Shown one piece after another: positions 62,310 through 64,000 of a stretch of DNA of 64,000 nucleotides; position 1 is the first letter of the stretch, and every line of letters starts with the position of its first letter. The stretch is taken from IMG/VR virus record IMGVR_UViG_3300032038_000015, positions 32,001-96,000 of that record. One strand, given 5' to 3'. The position numbers and the translations under genes are program-made. Origin of the DNA: a virus (Duplodnaviria; Caudoviricetes). The notes beneath the pieces were generated by a model. That model worked only from the letters and a program-made list of their open reading frames with translations. It did no database searches and was not told the DNA's origin.

Positions 62310-62600
62310 TTACTTTAATAAATCTGATAATTTACTACCCATATATTCCTTTACTCTATCTTTCCATTCTACTTTTATTTCTTGAACGGCTTCTTCTATA
62401 ATATTCTCTTGTAGAGTGTCGTTTATATCATCTGGTGAAATTAAATAATAATGTGAATTTCTCAAATCTGCCTCTACTTGCCTTACAATTATATCTATAA
62501 TTTTACTTTTTAATTCATCTATCCCATCTGCACCCAATAATGAATATAACGGAGTTTTACTTATTTCGTTTTCTATGTATCCTAATCTATCTTCTCTCAT
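62310..62600 (-). CDS. hypothetical protein
   Basis: ORF with RBS. Confidence 0.6.
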   Translation of the reverse strand: MREDRLGYIENEISKTPLYSLLGADGIDELKSKIIDIIVRQVEADLRNSHYYLISPDDINDTLQENIIEEAVQEIKVEWKDRVKEYMGSKLSDLLK

Positions 62601-62622
62601 TATTTATCTTTCTCCAATCTTT

Positions 62623-62841
62623 TTATAAAAATTCTTCGTTAGCCAATGTTATTTGTATATAACAATCATCGCTCACAAAACCAATAATAAATGCACCATT
62701 GTGTGAAAACGTAATAACTTCAGTATCATTATTTTGAGCTTTCATAATTTCTATCGCAAACTTTCTAACTGCTATACGCTGCAACATTTTGAATTTTTTA
62801 CGAATTCTATTACTAGCCCACAACCAACCATATCCAATACC
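62623..62841 (-). pseudogene. 3' part of a gene probably interrupted by the IS200/IS605 element
   Basis: Frame is open up to the IS end (GIGYGWLWASNR...); no RBS. Confidence 0.5.
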
Positions 62842-62984
62842 GTGAACTACCCACGAGCTAAAGCTCGTTGGCTTCTTGCTTCATCGTCCTCGTATCTTTT
62901 ACAAATGTAAAAGCATTTCCTACTAACTCCACAAGCGTAAATTCCGACAGTTCCTGCCGTACTAAATATTATTTATGCCGATTC
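62842..62984 (-). ncRNA. TnpB omegaRNA and IS200/IS605 right end
   Basis: GAAGCCAACGAGCTTTAGCTCGTGGGTAGTTCAC: subterminal hairpin and TCAC end. Confidence 0.8.
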
Positions 62985-64000
62985 TTACAATATTCTTAAA
63001 CCTTCATTGAGAATATTCTTTGCAGCATTAACATCTCTGTCATGAACAGTACCACATTGAGGACAAATCCATTCTCTTACGGATAAATCCTTTGTGCCTG
63101 AATTAACATAACCACAACAGTTACAAGTCTGAGATGAAGCATAGAATCTATCAACTTTAATATATTGACGATTATTCCATTCTGCTTTATAACTTAATTG
63201 TCTTGTTAATTCATACCATCCACAATCTGAAATTGCCTTGGCAAGATTATGATTCTTTACCATATTAGATACTGCCAAATCCTCACTTACGATTACTTGG
63301 TTTTCGCTAATCAACTTATGAGAGATTTTATGTAGATTATCAATTCTGGTATTATGAATCTTTTCATGTATTCTTGCTACTTTTATTCTCTGTTTATTCC
63401 AATTCTTACTACCTTTTACTTTATGAAACAATTTTCGTTGTTCCTTTGCTAATTTATCTTGATATTTCTTGGTAGTATGTATATTGTCAAACTTTTCTCC
63501 ATCAGAGGTGATAAGTAAATCTTTAATGCCTAAATCAATACCAACCATTCTGCCAGTAGATTCCATTGAAATATGTTCTATTTCTACTAAAACAGATACA
63601 AAATATTTTCCAGATGGAACTTGTGAGATAGTAGCAGATTTAATCTTACCTATGAACTCACGATGTATTTTTGCTTTAACCCATTTGAGTTTTGGTAATT
63701 TAATTTCATTATTCTCAAAAGATATTTCGATGTTTCCATTTGTAAAATTAGTTGAGTATGACTTTTTATTATTATGTTTACTTTTAAATTTGGGATATCC
63801 AGAATGTTCTTTGAAGAACTTCTGATATGCAGAATCCATATTGTAAATTGCATTCGTGAGAGCAAATTTATCTACTTCTTTTAACCATTCGTACTCCTTT
63901 TTGAGAATTTGATTACAATAATTATTACAAGAAGTTTTATTCATAGATTCTTTTTGTGTTTCATACATTTCTTTTCTATGAGATAGCGTTTGATTATATA
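62985..64000 (-). CDS. tnpB: IS200/IS605-family TnpB, 5'-truncated by the window edge
   Basis: GIDLG, SEDL, SSQTC..C, CPQC, DRDVNAA. Confidence 0.93.
   Translation of the reverse strand, partial: YNQTLSHRKEMYETQKESMNKTSCNNYCNQILKKEYEWLKEVDKFALTNAIYNMDSAYQKFFKEHSGYPKFKSKHNNKKSYSTNFTNGNIEISFENNEIKLPKLKWVKAKIHREFIGKIKSATISQVPSGKYFVSVLVEIEHISMESTGRMVGIDLGIKDLLITSDGEKFDNIHTTKKYQDKLAKEQRKLFHKVKGSKNWNKQRIKVARIHEKIHNTRIDNLHKISHKLISENQVIVSEDLAVSNMVKNHNLAKAISDCGWYELTRQLSYKAEWNNRQYIKVDRFYASSQTCNCCGYVNSGTKDLSVREWICPQCGTVHDRDVNAAKNILNEGLRIL

Noticed and set aside
15-63865. Many short antisense or overlapping ORFs in the track (e.g. 231-515, 35185-35631, 42154-42561, 53314-53724)
   Set aside because: They are shadows of real genes, with no RBS or recognisable motifs.

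Overview
AT-rich 64-kb segment of a large temperate siphophage or prophage of a Clostridia/Lachnospiraceae-type host, with an SPbeta-like gene layout. The + strand carries an accessory block (IS607 TnpB, HU, truncated Rha, three free-standing endonucleases, tyrosine recombinase, type I toxin-antitoxin, tRNA-Gln and tRNA-Glu, a structural protein with a DGR-like C-terminus), then terminase, portal, protease/scaffold, capsid, head-tail, tail tube, a lysis cassette interrupted by a full IS607, RecU, tape measure, Dit and a giant tail/receptor-binding protein. The - strand (51.1-64 kb) carries an integrase remnant and xis, dUTPase, NrdG, intein-containing NrdD, guanylate kinase, DNA methylase, ATP-dependent ligase, a ThyX-like gene and an IS200/IS605 TnpB. 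Main highlight: the tape-measure gene is split into three exons (about 2976 aa when joined) by two group I-type introns. Intron 2 is atypical. Its compact ribozyme core sits at the 5' end and appears to find a distant 3' splice site through a 10-bp P10, a 6-bp P9.0 and a complementary hairpin pair, while the intervening loop carries antisense cargo (a toxin-like peptide gene, a zinc-knuckle mini-ORF and an IS end). All family assignments come from motif recognition by eye; no searches were run.
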